The notes under the pieces are model-generated. The model was not told the DNA's origin. It ran no database searches and saw only the letters and a list, made by a program, of their open reading frames with translations. The position numbers and the translations under genes are program-made. A DNA stretch of 64,000 bases from Parcubacteria group bacterium. Its GTDB lineage: Bacteria; Patescibacteriota; Minisyncoccia; SW-4-49-11. Positions 1 to 9,488 of the stretch are shown here, one piece after another (positions within the stretch are counted from its first letter, which is position 1; each line of letters opens with the position of its first letter). Location of the stretch: positions 60,726 to 124,725 of the forward strand of contig CALRBF010000002.1 of assembly GCA_943354045.1 (NCBI GenBank). Reading direction: 5' to 3'.

Positions 1-520
1 TGAGTGTCTCTAAAGTTATTGTTTGAGCTTTTTCTCTAATTGGGGATAAGACCTCCTCACCATCTAAGCGAATATCATTGAGAGAAATCTGTGCTAAAGA
101 TAAGGGAAGCTGATGTCCCTGAGAAGAAATATAAGACTCCTTATCAAATTGAACATATATATCATCTATAGTATTAATCCATTCTTTTGATTTAATATGT
201 TTTTGTGGATTCTCACGACGTATCTCAACAGTACGGTTTTTAATTTCTACTAATGGTCCTGACACTCCCAAAACCATACCTATTTTCTCCTCATCAGTAT
301 TGGTTTTAGCTTCAAGGAGAGCATTTTCTATAGCTTGTATTAATGGTGTCTCTTGATCAATAGTATTGGTATTAATTACACCAAAGGGTAATTGAGTTTG
401 TCCAATACCTTGAATCAAGGTATTGCCAGTCTTAATATCAACAGTATAATCAACTACCGTAACTCTATTCTCAGAAATATCTATGATGAGAGGTTCGGAT
501 GATACTTTTTTACCAAACAT
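1..520 (-). CDS. Actin-fold FtsA/PilM-like protein, N-terminal ~173 codons (ATG at 520-518; 3' end beyond window start)
   Basis: Translation MFGKKVSSEPLIIDISENRVTVVDYTVDIKTGNTLIQGIGQTQLPFGVINTNTIDQETPLIQAIENALLEAK... follows the FtsA/PilM N-terminal pattern: a beta-hairpin, then IxGxG, then a G..D.E helix. The phosphate-1 motif is divergent (DISEN instead of DIGTS). No upstream in-frame stop within the window. Confidence 0.4.
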   Translation of the reverse strand, partial: MFGKKVSSEPLIIDISENRVTVVDYTVDIKTGNTLIQGIGQTQLPFGVINTNTIDQETPLIQAIENALLEAKTNTDEEKIGMVLGVSGPLVEIKNRTVEIRRENPQKHIKSKEWINTIDDIYVQFDKESYISSQGHQLPLSLAQISLNDIRLDGEEVLSPIREKAQTITLETL

Positions 521-534
521 AGTATTTATTTTAT

Positions 535-1143
535 TTATTTTGGATAATATTGTAATATAAACCAAATTATTTGTCCAATAAATCCCACTCCTAAGGGAAT
601 TGCCAAATTATCATCTAGTCTAGAAGCAAATGTCTCAATAATCACTCCACTTAACGCTAATATTAGTGGAATAATACTAAATCCCCATAGACTACCTGCT
701 ATTACAAAATTAGCAATTAAGGCTAATAATATACCCTCCCAAGTTGTTTTATTTTCTATATTTGGGAATACCTTCATTGTACCATAAATTCCTCCAATCG
801 TAGAAAATGTATCCCCAATAATTGCAATTAATATTGCTGTGATTGAAACTATTGGCTCAAAAAGGGCTGTAGCTACAATAGCTGCCAAAACTAAATTTAA
901 TCCATCAACATTAGTATATTGCTCTTTTGGCTTTACAAGACTCGCAAATGGCACCCAAATACGCGTATCAAGTCGTAAATATTCATATACCAGAAATCCT
1001 ACCACAAATACAGCTAAAAACCCTCTCGCGTATATCGCTGCATTGGTAAAAGTTTGGGCTGATATATACCAATATACAACAAAAGGAAGTATAAGCCCTA
1101 GATGGAGAGATTTACGAAGTAATATATCTCTTTTTGTTTTCAT
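535..1143 (-). CDS. Short CTP-dependent transferase of the CdsA/CarS (CTP_transf_1) family, integral membrane protein
   Basis: 202 aa, polytopic. C-terminal signature GDTFSTIGGIYGTMKVFPNIENKTTWEG matches the CdsA motif [29 protein letters not shown]. Confidence 0.55.
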   Translation of the reverse strand: MKTKRDILLRKSLHLGLILPFVVYWYISAQTFTNAAIYARGFLAVFVVGFLVYEYLRLDTRIWVPFASLVKPKEQYTNVDGLNLVLAAIVATALFEPIVSITAILIAIIGDTFSTIGGIYGTMKVFPNIENKTTWEGILLALIANFVIAGSLWGFSIIPLILALSGVIIETFASRLDDNLAIPLGVGFIGQIIWFILQYYPK

Positions 1144-1144
1144 A

Positions 1145-2875
1145 TTATTCTATTATACCACGAATACGACGCACTCCTCGAGCAACAGCCTCTTCTTTTT
1201 TAATTTTAAATTTACCTATTTCTCGAGTATTGTGAATATGAGGGCCCCCACATAATTCTTTCGAGATATCTCCAAAACTATATATATCTACTTGTTCTGG
1301 ATAATTACGATTGATTAAATATAAAGCTCCTGATTTTTTTGCTGCCTCTAATGACATTGGGGTAATACGAACATCTACCCCAGCTTGAATATATTCATTT
1401 ACTTTATTTTCCACTATTTGTATTTCCTCAGGAGTTAATTTTCTCTCAAAACTAAAATCAAATCGTGTACGCTCAGCAGTAATATCTGAACCTTTTTGTT
1501 CTACTCCCTCTCCTAATATATCTCTTAAAGCCTTATTCAAAAGATGTGTTGCACTATGTAATCGAGTCACAATAGCTAATTCCTCTTCATTGGCAGCTTT
1601 TAATTCTCCATTATCAAGAATTAATCCATGTCCACCAAATTTTTTGGCAGCTCCAGCTCGGGAAATACTCTGATGTTCCATCTTATAATTCTCAAATTCT
1701 TGTTCATCAAAAGATAATCCTTGTAATCGAAGTACTTCTGGAGATAAACCATAGGTTGAGGCTAATAAAAAAGCTTCTTCTCCTGACATATAGGGAATTC
1801 GCTTTTTCTTTAATATTTTACTCGCATATCTCATACCACGAGACACTGATTCACTAAACAATGCATATTCCTCCTCAACACTATGTTTAATACTATCTTT
1901 TGCATTTATCAACTCAGGATATCTATCTTGATATACTTCAATAATATTTTCAATAGTATTAAATACTAATTCTAAAGGCTTATCATAAGATGAGATAAGA
2001 CTTAATACTTTTCTTAATAATCTCCTTAATATATATCCTTGTTCTTTATTGGAAGGTACTACTCCCTCAGCTAAAAGAAAAGTACTCGCTCGAATATGAT
2101 CAAATAATATACGATATATATCTAGTGATTGATTAGGAAATTGATTCTGTATATTATCAATAATTGAAGTAAATATTTTAGTATCATATACCGACTTTAC
2201 TCCTTCTATTTGAGTTATAATACGCTCCAAACCACCACCAGTATCTACCCCTTGTTGTTCTAATTCTTTTAGACTTCCATCTATTCCAGAATAATATTGA
2301 TTAAATACAATATTCCATACCTCTACTCCATTTACAAAAATCTCCGTAGTAGGGCCACAAGGTCCTTCAGCTCCCGTAGGACCCCAAAAATTATCCTCTC
2401 TTCCAAGTAGTTTTATCTCAAACTCTACTCCCTTATCCTTTTTTAATTGCTCCCATATGGCAAGAGCCTCCGTATCTTTTGGGCTTTTCTCATCCCCTTC
2501 AAAAATAGTTACATAATCAATTAACATTCCGAGTTCCTCGGCAATAAATTCATATCCTAATTTGATAGCCTCTTGTTTAAAATAACTTCCTTCTCCACTA
2601 GGATAATGAAAGGAGAAATTCCCTAACATTTCAAAAAAAGTATTATGAGTATCATCTCCTACTTCATCAATATCATCTACTCTCAAGCATTTTTGTATAC
2701 TAATAACTCTATTTCCATAAGGAGATATTCTACCCAAATAATAAGGCTTAAATTGTTGCATACCAGCTGTAGTAAATAATACAGAATTATCCCCTTCTGG
2801 TAATAATGATGATGATTTTACTCTTGTATGTCCTTTGGCCTCAAAATATTCAAAAAACTGCTGAATAATTTTCAT
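1145..2875 (-). CDS. alaS: Alanine--tRNA ligase, short form lacking the C-Ala/DHHA1 domain
   Basis: N-terminus MKIIQQFFEYFEAKGHTRVKSSSLLPEGDNSVLFTTAGMQQFK matches the AlaRS class II core. Editing-domain motifs are present (HSATHLL, CGGPHIHNTREIG). The protein ends at 576 aa. Confidence 0.9.
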   Translation of the reverse strand: MKIIQQFFEYFEAKGHTRVKSSSLLPEGDNSVLFTTAGMQQFKPYYLGRISPYGNRVISIQKCLRVDDIDEVGDDTHNTFFEMLGNFSFHYPSGEGSYFKQEAIKLGYEFIAEELGMLIDYVTIFEGDEKSPKDTEALAIWEQLKKDKGVEFEIKLLGREDNFWGPTGAEGPCGPTTEIFVNGVEVWNIVFNQYYSGIDGSLKELEQQGVDTGGGLERIITQIEGVKSVYDTKIFTSIIDNIQNQFPNQSLDIYRILFDHIRASTFLLAEGVVPSNKEQGYILRRLLRKVLSLISSYDKPLELVFNTIENIIEVYQDRYPELINAKDSIKHSVEEEYALFSESVSRGMRYASKILKKKRIPYMSGEEAFLLASTYGLSPEVLRLQGLSFDEQEFENYKMEHQSISRAGAAKKFGGHGLILDNGELKAANEEELAIVTRLHSATHLLNKALRDILGEGVEQKGSDITAERTRFDFSFERKLTPEEIQIVENKVNEYIQAGVDVRITPMSLEAAKKSGALYLINRNYPEQVDIYSFGDISKELCGGPHIHNTREIGKFKIKKEEAVARGVRRIRGIIE

Positions 2876-2943
2876 AGTGAATACTATATTTAATCTTAGA
2901 ATTAGAATATCATATTATTCCTTATCAATCAATATACTGTATA

Positions 2944-4485
2944 TTAACGAATCCTTTTATATAATGAATAGCCATTATGATTATCTATATCTTTCGGGAC
3001 TAAGACCCTCACACTATTAGGGGGCATATGTATAGTTAAAAATCCCGCATATCCACTTAATGGTTCAAATTCATCCGTTATTGGTAATAAATCTCTTAAC
3101 ATAGAAACTTCTATAACAGATCCATGTCGCCATTGTATATGCTCTGTCACTGATTTATCACTTGGATTAACCACAACTAATACTGTCTCAGCTACATAAT
3201 CAGTATATCTCTCAAAGGCAAATAATTGATGAGCTGTAGCTATACGAAAATCTCCTATACGTAAAGCTCGGTATTGTTTACGTAAGGCAATAAGTTGTGT
3301 CATCCAATTTAAATCAATATTATTTTGATCAACAAGACTCCAATCCATAGGACCGCGATTGGCTGGATCCCAACTACCAGTCATACCTAACTCAGAACCA
3401 TAATAGATATTAGGAGAACCCGGCAGAGTGAATTGTAATACTTGGGCAATTTTACGCTTAGATATATCTGGAATTCTTGTTGCAAGACGTTCTAAGTCAT
3501 GATTATCTAATAATAACCAGCTTTTGAACAATGATTCAATTCCAATATCTGCAACCATATGAGCTAACATAGAGGCTGCAGTAGAAGATTGAAGAGATCC
3601 CTCCACCAATAATATTATTAGACTACGTAAATGGTAATTCACAACACCATCCATTGCGGGTATCCATCCTGCTGGATATGTGATAATTTCGCCCACTATG
3701 AGAGATTCTGGGTTTTCTTTATGCGCAGCCTCAGTAAGTTCAGCGAGGAAATCATGTCCCAAGTCATAAGCAGTATCAAGTCGCCATCCATCAACTCCAT
3801 CACGTAAATAACTTCTTACTATCGAACTTTCTGATCTCCATAAATAGTCTCTTACTAAAGAATTTTCTAAATTTAATTCTGGTAAATTAAATTGCCCTCT
3901 CCAAATACGAGCCCCTCCAGGAATTTGAGTATCAAAAATAAACCAATCTCGCCATATACTCTCAGCATTCTGCTCAGCTTCCTGAAATTTACTTGCATTA
4001 CGCCCCATATGATTAAATACTCCATCGAGCACCAATTTCATATTTCGATTATGGAGAGTATTTGCCAATTCTTTGACATCTTCACGACTTCCAAGTTCGG
4101 GAGATATAGCCTCAAAATCTAGAGAATCATATTTATGATTCGTAAAACCAAGATGAATTGGATTAAGATATAATACTTCTACACCTAAATTCTGTATATA
4201 ATCAAGATTACTAATTAAACTAGTAATATCTCCTCCCCAAAAATCTAATTCCTGACTCCAAACTTTACAATTATCTATAAAATTTCCAGGTTGAGGCAGC
4301 TCATTCCAGCCACGCAATTGACGGGGTGAAGCATATAGTGATTTTTTAGCGTCAATATTAGCTGAAGGAGCAAAGCGGTCTACCAATACCTGATATACAA
4401 TAGCTCCATTACGCCAATCTACCTCTCTCTTGGTATAAATATCTATAAATTCACTCGTATCAATCTCAGCTGTATTTTGTTCCAT
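2944..4485 (-). CDS. GH13 alpha-amylase family glycoside hydrolase (neopullulanase/cyclomaltodextrinase-like)
   Basis: Conserved GH13 regions YLNPIHLG, GWRLDTAYDLGHDF, VGEII and LPGSPNIYYGSELGM. Confidence 0.8.
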   Translation of the reverse strand: MEQNTAEIDTSEFIDIYTKREVDWRNGAIVYQVLVDRFAPSANIDAKKSLYASPRQLRGWNELPQPGNFIDNCKVWSQELDFWGGDITSLISNLDYIQNLGVEVLYLNPIHLGFTNHKYDSLDFEAISPELGSREDVKELANTLHNRNMKLVLDGVFNHMGRNASKFQEAEQNAESIWRDWFIFDTQIPGGARIWRGQFNLPELNLENSLVRDYLWRSESSIVRSYLRDGVDGWRLDTAYDLGHDFLAELTEAAHKENPESLIVGEIITYPAGWIPAMDGVVNYHLRSLIILLVEGSLQSSTAASMLAHMVADIGIESLFKSWLLLDNHDLERLATRIPDISKRKIAQVLQFTLPGSPNIYYGSELGMTGSWDPANRGPMDWSLVDQNNIDLNWMTQLIALRKQYRALRIGDFRIATAHQLFAFERYTDYVAETVLVVVNPSDKSVTEHIQWRHGSVIEVSMLRDLLPITDEFEPLSGYAGFLTIHMPPNSVRVLVPKDIDNHNGYSLYKRIR

Positions 4486-4565
4486 TGATGGAAATAAAAT
4501 AATATATTGTATTTATTATAGCATATGTTATGATTTAGCAAATTAATTATGCTATACTAGTATAT

Positions 4566-6044
4566 ATGAAAACATCTCTTATTGTATATTGGGCTCGGCG
4601 AGATTTAAGACTAACCGATAATCCTGCATTATATCACTCTATTAATACCGCAAAAGAACGTAATATATCTTTTGCTCCTATTTTTATATTAGAAAATTAT
4701 ATGCTTGAGGCTAAACCTCAAGCTCAATTTGGCTATGCCCAAAGACATATATTAAGCCAAGCTTTACCCGAGTTTATACAGCAATTTCCTCAATTTCATT
4801 TAATTAAAGGCAAGGGTGCTCAGTCAATTATTGACCTGAGTAAATCTTATGACATTGAACTCTATGTCAATCATGATATATATCCCGATTTCACTAAGCA
4901 ATTGCAAAAAATTAAAGAAGCTGGTATCAATATACATATTTATGCAGATAGATTAAGTGTTAATACAGAAACTCGCAGTCAAAATGGAAATTTGTATTCT
5001 GTATTTACCCCTTTCAAAAAATCTATTTGGCAAGAATTCTTAAATACCGAAACTTATCCCAAACCGGACCTAAATTCTATATCATATCAAGATATTATCT
5101 CAGATTGGAATTATATACAGGCTAATACTGACGACATACAACAAGAATTTTCCTCCAATAGAGATGTATTAATTGGTGACACTATATATGATTTGACTCA
5201 ATATATTCCTCTTCCTGATTTATCTCTATGGTATTATTCCGAAGCTGAGGCTTTAGCATTATTCCAATATTTTCTTGACTCTGGTTTTCTTGATAATTAT
5301 CATCTTAATCGGGATTCCCTGGAACTTGACACTATAGATAATGGTAAAACTTCAAAAATGAGTTTAGCTCTTGCTTGGGGATTTGTCTCAAGTAGAACTC
5401 TTAGGCAAATGATACAAAAACATAGTAATAATACTCTTGAATCAGCTTTGATAGATAATCAATATTCTGGAGCTACTATATATATATCCGAGCTTATTTG
5501 GAGAGAATTTTATGCCTATTTATTATATCATCGACCTGAATTACTCAATATCGAATTTCAATTACAATTCCAAAATACTATTGATTGGACTTCAGGAGAA
5601 AAAGCCCATACAAGATTCCTTTCTTGGATTAAAGGAGAAACCGGTTACTCCATTGTAGACGCTGCTATGAGACAATTATCTCAAACTGGATGGATGCATA
5701 ATAGATCTCGTATGATTGTGGCGAGTATATTAACCAAACATCTTGGAATTGATTGGCGATGGGGGCAAGAATATTTCCGAGCTACTCTTGTAGATTTAGA
5801 TGAGCCCTCTAATAATGGAGGTTGGCAATGGGGTGCTTCTGTAGGAGCTGACCCTAAACCAATTCGTATATTTAACCCTTATCTTCAGGCGCAGAATTAT
5901 GATACAAAAGGGATATATCAGTCAAAATGGCTTGGGGGAAATTATATTCCCCCACTTACACCAATTATTGAACATAGTAAGGCTAGACAACAGGCAATAT
6001 TACGCTATAAGCAAGCTAAATATTTATATTCTCAACAAAAATAA
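4566..6044 (+). CDS. phr: Deoxyribodipyrimidine photolyase / cryptochrome-family FAD protein
   Basis: N-terminal LIVYWARRDLRLTDNPAL. FAD-binding domain motifs WREFYAYL, MHNRSRMIVASIL, DLDEPSNNGGWQWGASVGAD and RIFNPYLQAQNYD. Confidence 0.9.
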   Translation: MKTSLIVYWARRDLRLTDNPALYHSINTAKERNISFAPIFILENYMLEAKPQAQFGYAQRHILSQALPEFIQQFPQFHLIKGKGAQSIIDLSKSYDIELYVNHDIYPDFTKQLQKIKEAGINIHIYADRLSVNTETRSQNGNLYSVFTPFKKSIWQEFLNTETYPKPDLNSISYQDIISDWNYIQANTDDIQQEFSSNRDVLIGDTIYDLTQYIPLPDLSLWYYSEAEALALFQYFLDSGFLDNYHLNRDSLELDTIDNGKTSKMSLALAWGFVSSRTLRQMIQKHSNNTLESALIDNQYSGATIYISELIWREFYAYLLYHRPELLNIEFQLQFQNTIDWTSGEKAHTRFLSWIKGETGYSIVDAAMRQLSQTGWMHNRSRMIVASILTKHLGIDWRWGQEYFRATLVDLDEPSNNGGWQWGASVGADPKPIRIFNPYLQAQNYDTKGIYQSKWLGGNYIPPLTPIIEHSKARQQAILRYKQAKYLYSQQK

Positions 6045-6119
6045 AGAGGCCTACTTGAAATTCAAGAGACCTCCAAATGATTGACTTGTTTGTGTATTCG
6101 ATGGCATTGAAGAGAGTCC

Positions 6120-6413
6120 TCAAATGGAATACCTACTCCTGAGACTAGCAGCCACAAGGTAGGGGCCTGCAAACTTGTATAGCAGCAGGTAGGTGAAATA
6201 GAATCCTCCCATCCACAGAAAGAGACGAGCATCTTTCCGAAGCAAGAGAATTAAATTACGTACAACCATAGCATAAGCCCCAAGAAGAGCAGCTATGATT
6301 TCGAGTGCTGTTTTTACGAAGTTCACAAAGGGAGCAAGCGGATTGCTCCGGGTAACGCCGTTACCCATTGAAGAAGTTATAACTACACCCGTTGCTGTCA
6401 CATGGCCCTCCAA
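6120..6413 (-). CDS. Hypothetical small two-TM membrane protein (locally higher GC)
   Basis: ORF of 97 aa with two clear hydrophobic helices. GC content exceeds the flanks. No family recognised. Confidence 0.35.
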   Translation of the reverse strand: MEGHVTATGVVITSSMGNGVTRSNPLAPFVNFVKTALEIIAALLGAYAMVVRNLILLLRKDARLFLWMGGFYFTYLLLYKFAGPYLVAASLRSRYSI

Positions 6414-6487
6414 GATAAAATGTACTTATATAGTATATCAAAGACTTATTATATATTCTATATATTATATCAATAATAGTTATCCAC

Positions 6488-6516
6488 AAAAAAAGAGGGG
6501 CTCTGGGGAGCTCCTC
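6488..6516 (-). terminator. Intrinsic terminator (GC hairpin gaggggctc...gagctcctc followed by U7 on the minus strand)
   Basis: Plus-strand A-run at 6488-6494 directly abuts the hairpin at 6495-6516. It closes the dut/micro-ORF unit. Confidence 0.5.
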
Positions 6517-6539
6517 AATATAGTGCTTGAATAAATATA

Positions 6540-6659
6540 TCACTAAATTCCTTTTTGCAATAGTCTAAGAAAGATCAATAGCGATAGTCCAAATAGTAGG
6601 CCGAGGAGAAACCAAGCTACTTGATAATCACTAGACTGAGTGTTCTTTGTTTTGTCCAT
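6540..6659 (-). CDS. Candidate 39-aa single-TM micro-protein (MDKTKNTQSSDYQVAWFLLGLLFGLSLLIFLRLLQKGI)
   Basis: Manual translation; it is below the ORF-track size cut-off. Co-directional with and just downstream of dut. An intrinsic terminator lies immediately after it on the minus strand (6488-6516). Confidence 0.3.
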
Positions 6660-6723
6660 ACAAATCTCCACAGAGATGTATATATTTAGTATATATCAAA
6701 TAATTTATATTTGTCAAATTATA

Positions 6724-7155
6724 TCAAAATTTACCCGTACTTCCAAAACCACCTTCTCCACGAGACGAATCAATTAATATATCGGTAAATTCAATATCAC
6801 AATATTCCACTCTTTGTACTAACAATTGAGCACATTTTGCTCCTTTTTCTATTATTTGTACTTCATGAGATAAATTAATGAGGGATATTTTTATTTCTCC
6901 TATATACCCAGCATCAAAAACTCCACCTAGACTTTTCAGCCCCTTATTAAAACCAATACTTCCTTTATCCCAAACCAAAGCAGCATATCCTACTGGTAAA
7001 TTCATGGCTAGTCCCGTAGGAATAACTTTTTGCTCCCCTGGTTGAAATACTATTTCTTCAAGAGTATACAAATCCATACCAGCATCTGTGGAGTGTCCAT
7101 AGCTTGGTAATTTTGCATTAGGATGAAGTTGTTTGAATTGTAATTTCATATACAC
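6724..7155 (-). CDS. dut: dUTP diphosphatase
   Basis: LPSYGHSTDAGMDLY, GLAMNLPVGYAALVWDKGSIG, SSRGEGGFGSTG (dUTPase motifs I-V). Confidence 0.9.
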   Translation of the reverse strand: MYMKLQFKQLHPNAKLPSYGHSTDAGMDLYTLEEIVFQPGEQKVIPTGLAMNLPVGYAALVWDKGSIGFNKGLKSLGGVFDAGYIGEIKISLINLSHEVQIIEKGAKCAQLLVQRVEYCDIEFTDILIDSSRGEGGFGSTGKF

Positions 7156-7200
7156 CAGTATAACATATTATGATATACTATACAAAATAGATTTCCTTTT

Positions 7201-7626
7201 ATGCCTCAAATATTCCTCGCCAAAACCGAACCCTCAACTTTTTCTATTGATGATTTTGAAAAAGAACATATTACTCTTTGGGATGGGGTACATAATTATC
7301 AGGCTATTAATGTGATTAAAACTTGGCAAGTCGGAGATTATGTCTTAATTTATCATTCAGTCAAAGAACGCCGTATTGTTGGGATTGCTAAAGTAATAGA
7401 AGAGCCCTATCTAAATCTAGCCGATAGTCGCTTTAGTTGGGCTGCAAAATTAGAGTTTGTAACCAGATTCACCTCTGAGGAACAAATTAGCCTCGATACT
7501 ATCAAACAATCCCATCTTTTTGATGATTTTCTTTTAGTAAAGCATAGTCGCCTCTCCGTGATGCCTTGTCCAGATGATTTTGTTATTTGGCTACAAGAGC
7601 AAATACCTCGCATTATCCTCAACTAA
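7201..7626 (+). CDS. EVE (PUA-like) domain protein
   Basis: KTEPSTFSIDDFEKEHITLWDGVHNYQAINVIKTWQVGDYVLIYHS matches the EVE/thymocyte-nuclear-protein-like fold signature. Confidence 0.75.
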   Translation: MPQIFLAKTEPSTFSIDDFEKEHITLWDGVHNYQAINVIKTWQVGDYVLIYHSVKERRIVGIAKVIEEPYLNLADSRFSWAAKLEFVTRFTSEEQISLDTIKQSHLFDDFLLVKHSRLSVMPCPDDFVIWLQEQIPRIILN

Positions 7627-7627
7627 T

Positions 7628-8353
7628 ATGGATAATTTAATTCATGAAATAGTTCTCAAAAGTCAAGATTTGGAGCCAAAATTACAGGCTCAATTACTGA
7701 GTTTAGAGGCCTCCACTATATCCCTACCGAATAAGTCAAAAGACATATCTATATTAGATATGATTAATCAAATTCAGTATATTAACCCCAAGCTCACCAT
7801 TATCCCCTATTATTCCCTCAAATTTCATCAAAAGAAAACTCTTGATGAGACAGCGCAAGAATTTTTATCCTTATTAAAGCAATTAATACCTCTGCATATA
7901 TCTGAAATATTACTTATTAGTGGGGTACCAAAATCAAAATATACCACTCTTGATGTATTGTCATCTATACAAACCCATTATCAGGATACATATTCTCGTA
8001 TTGCTATTGCCTATAATCCATTCCTCTTAGATGAAGAATTAGAGCAAGAAAACAATCTCCTTACAAATAAAATTAAAACTGGACTTATATCTAGCGTATA
8101 TTTACAAATCGGTATAGATATACCGACTATACAAAAGGCTGTCGCATTCATACAATCCTTACAAGCAGATATTACGATATATATTAGCCTTATGAATCCT
8201 ACTCCCCTTCGCTTAGCTCAATTCAAATATCGCCCTTGGAAAGGGGTTATGGTATCTCAAGAATATTTAGCCTCTTCTCAAAGAGCACAAGAAATAAATC
8301 AAAATTTATATCAGCTAGCTAAAGAACTCAATATTGGAATTGTTCAAGGCTAA
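7628..8353 (+). CDS. Hypothetical protein (possible TIM-barrel; weak MetF-like pattern only)
   Basis: ORF-track start at 7574 overlaps the EVE gene; the ATG at 7628 (MDNLIHEIV...) is more plausible. No confident family assignment. Confidence 0.35.
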   Translation: MDNLIHEIVLKSQDLEPKLQAQLLSLEASTISLPNKSKDISILDMINQIQYINPKLTIIPYYSLKFHQKKTLDETAQEFLSLLKQLIPLHISEILLISGVPKSKYTTLDVLSSIQTHYQDTYSRIAIAYNPFLLDEELEQENNLLTNKIKTGLISSVYLQIGIDIPTIQKAVAFIQSLQADITIYISLMNPTPLRLAQFKYRPWKGVMVSQEYLASSQRAQEINQNLYQLAKELNIGIVQG

Positions 8354-8357
8354 TACC

Positions 8358-8783
8358 TTATACTTGATCCAAATATTCTCCATATCCTTCACGCTCCATA
8401 TCTTCTTTTGGGATAAAGCGTAGAGATGCTGAGTTGAGACAATATCTCTTGCCTCCTTTATCTTTTGGACCATCATCGAATACATGCCCGAGATGAGAAT
8501 TAGCTCCTTTGGATCTTACCTCAATTCTTGTTTGGAATAATTTAGTATCTTTTTTAGTAATAATTACATCATCTTTAATTGGTTTCGTATAAGATGGCCA
8601 GCCAGTACCTGAATCATATTTATCCCGAGAAGAGAATAAAGGCTCTCCAGAGACAATATCTACATAAATACCATCTCTTTTATTATTATAATATTCATTC
8701 TCAAATGGAGCTTCCGTCCCATCCTCTTGCGTAACCGTATATTGTATAGGGGTTAATTTTGCTTTCAAATCATCTGATGACAT
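8358..8783 (-). CDS. msrB: Peptide-methionine (R)-S-oxide reductase MsrB
   Basis: SelR signature [38 protein letters not shown] with CxxC...CxxC zinc site. Confidence 0.9.
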   Translation of the reverse strand: MSSDDLKAKLTPIQYTVTQEDGTEAPFENEYYNNKRDGIYVDIVSGEPLFSSRDKYDSGTGWPSYTKPIKDDVIITKKDTKLFQTRIEVRSKGANSHLGHVFDDGPKDKGGKRYCLNSASLRFIPKEDMEREGYGEYLDQV

Positions 8784-8931
8784 ATATTTTATTTATCTTT
8801 ATATATAGTATATAGGAGTACCCCTTATCATACAAGTTATATATTCATTTATACTTATCCTCAATTTAATATTTGAAAAAATACATAAAATTATTTATAA
8901 TAGATAAGTCCACCCTATCCCCCTCCTTCCA

Positions 8932-9252
8932 ATGTGCCGCCCCACAAAGGCCGAAGTAAAGGAGTTTTATGGTAACCGTTGTCAACACTGTTTTCAACAG
9001 TTTCCCCAAAAAAAGCTTCAAATTCATCATATCAAGCCCAGAAGAGAGATTAGGGATGAAAGTTTTGAAAATCGCATACCATTATGTGGTGGAAGTAACA
9101 CAGACTGGTGTCATTCAAAAGTAGAACAAAAATTCATATATAGCAATACTGAGGGAAAAATCATTTATGATTGTGAAGAAACACGGCGACGTAATAATAT
9201 TAAAATACTCTACCCTCGACTCGAGGAAAGAGTCTCTACATTAGCGGCTTGA
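8932..9252 (+). CDS. Stand-alone HNH endonuclease
   Basis: CQHCF...LQIHHIKPRRE...N..PLC...WCH, i.e. HNH with zinc-binding cysteines. An intrinsic terminator at 9263-9289 follows directly. Confidence 0.7.
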   Translation: MCRPTKAEVKEFYGNRCQHCFQQFPQKKLQIHHIKPRREIRDESFENRIPLCGGSNTDWCHSKVEQKFIYSNTEGKIIYDCEETRRRNNIKILYPRLEERVSTLAA

Positions 9253-9262
9253 AGCCAAATCC

Positions 9263-9289
9263 AAGAGGAGCCCCGTTCCTCTTTTTTCC
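9263..9289 (+). terminator. Intrinsic terminator after HNH gene
   Basis: aagagga-gccccgt-tcctctt stem followed by a T-run. Confidence 0.6.
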
Positions 9290-9315
9290 CCAATATATAT
9301 TATATTTGTTACAAA

Positions 9316-9344
9316 TTGACAAATATAATATATCCATATATACT
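9316..9344 (+). promoter_or_regulatory. Near-consensus sigma70-type promoter (TTGACA-17-TATACT) with no ORF downstream
   Basis: TTGACA at 9316-9321, 17-nt spacer, TATACT at 9339-9344. The nearest strong downstream signal is the terminator at 9453-9488. Confidence 0.45.
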
Positions 9345-9350
9345 AGACTT

Positions 9351-9488
9351 GATGAGACTGGGTTCATCAATCCCCACACGGAGTTATTATTAACTTCGCT
9401 ACAGCCTGAGAAATCAGGCAAGTTGATAAAACTCCCATCCCCAGACTTATGCCCCACTGTGTGATAGCAGTGGGTGCTTTTCTTTTTT
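9351..9488 (+). ncRNA. Candidate small RNA (~135 nt) of unknown family, bracketed by promoter and terminator
   Basis: Contains the internal GNRA hairpin CCUGA-GAAA-UCAGG. It ends in the cccactg-N8-cagtggg stem plus a U-run (9453-9488). Only a 13-codon ORF lies inside. Confidence 0.35.

Noticed and set aside
839-1255. 138-aa plus-strand ORF antisense to the CdsA-like gene and alaS 3' end
   Set aside because: Low-complexity, antisense to two well-supported genes; typical shadow ORF.
9351-9452. Possible SRP (4.5S) RNA
   Set aside because: Hairpin has GNRA loop but lacks the conserved domain IV GGAAGCAGCC / AGGUCAGG symmetric-loop motifs; left as an unclassified sRNA candidate.
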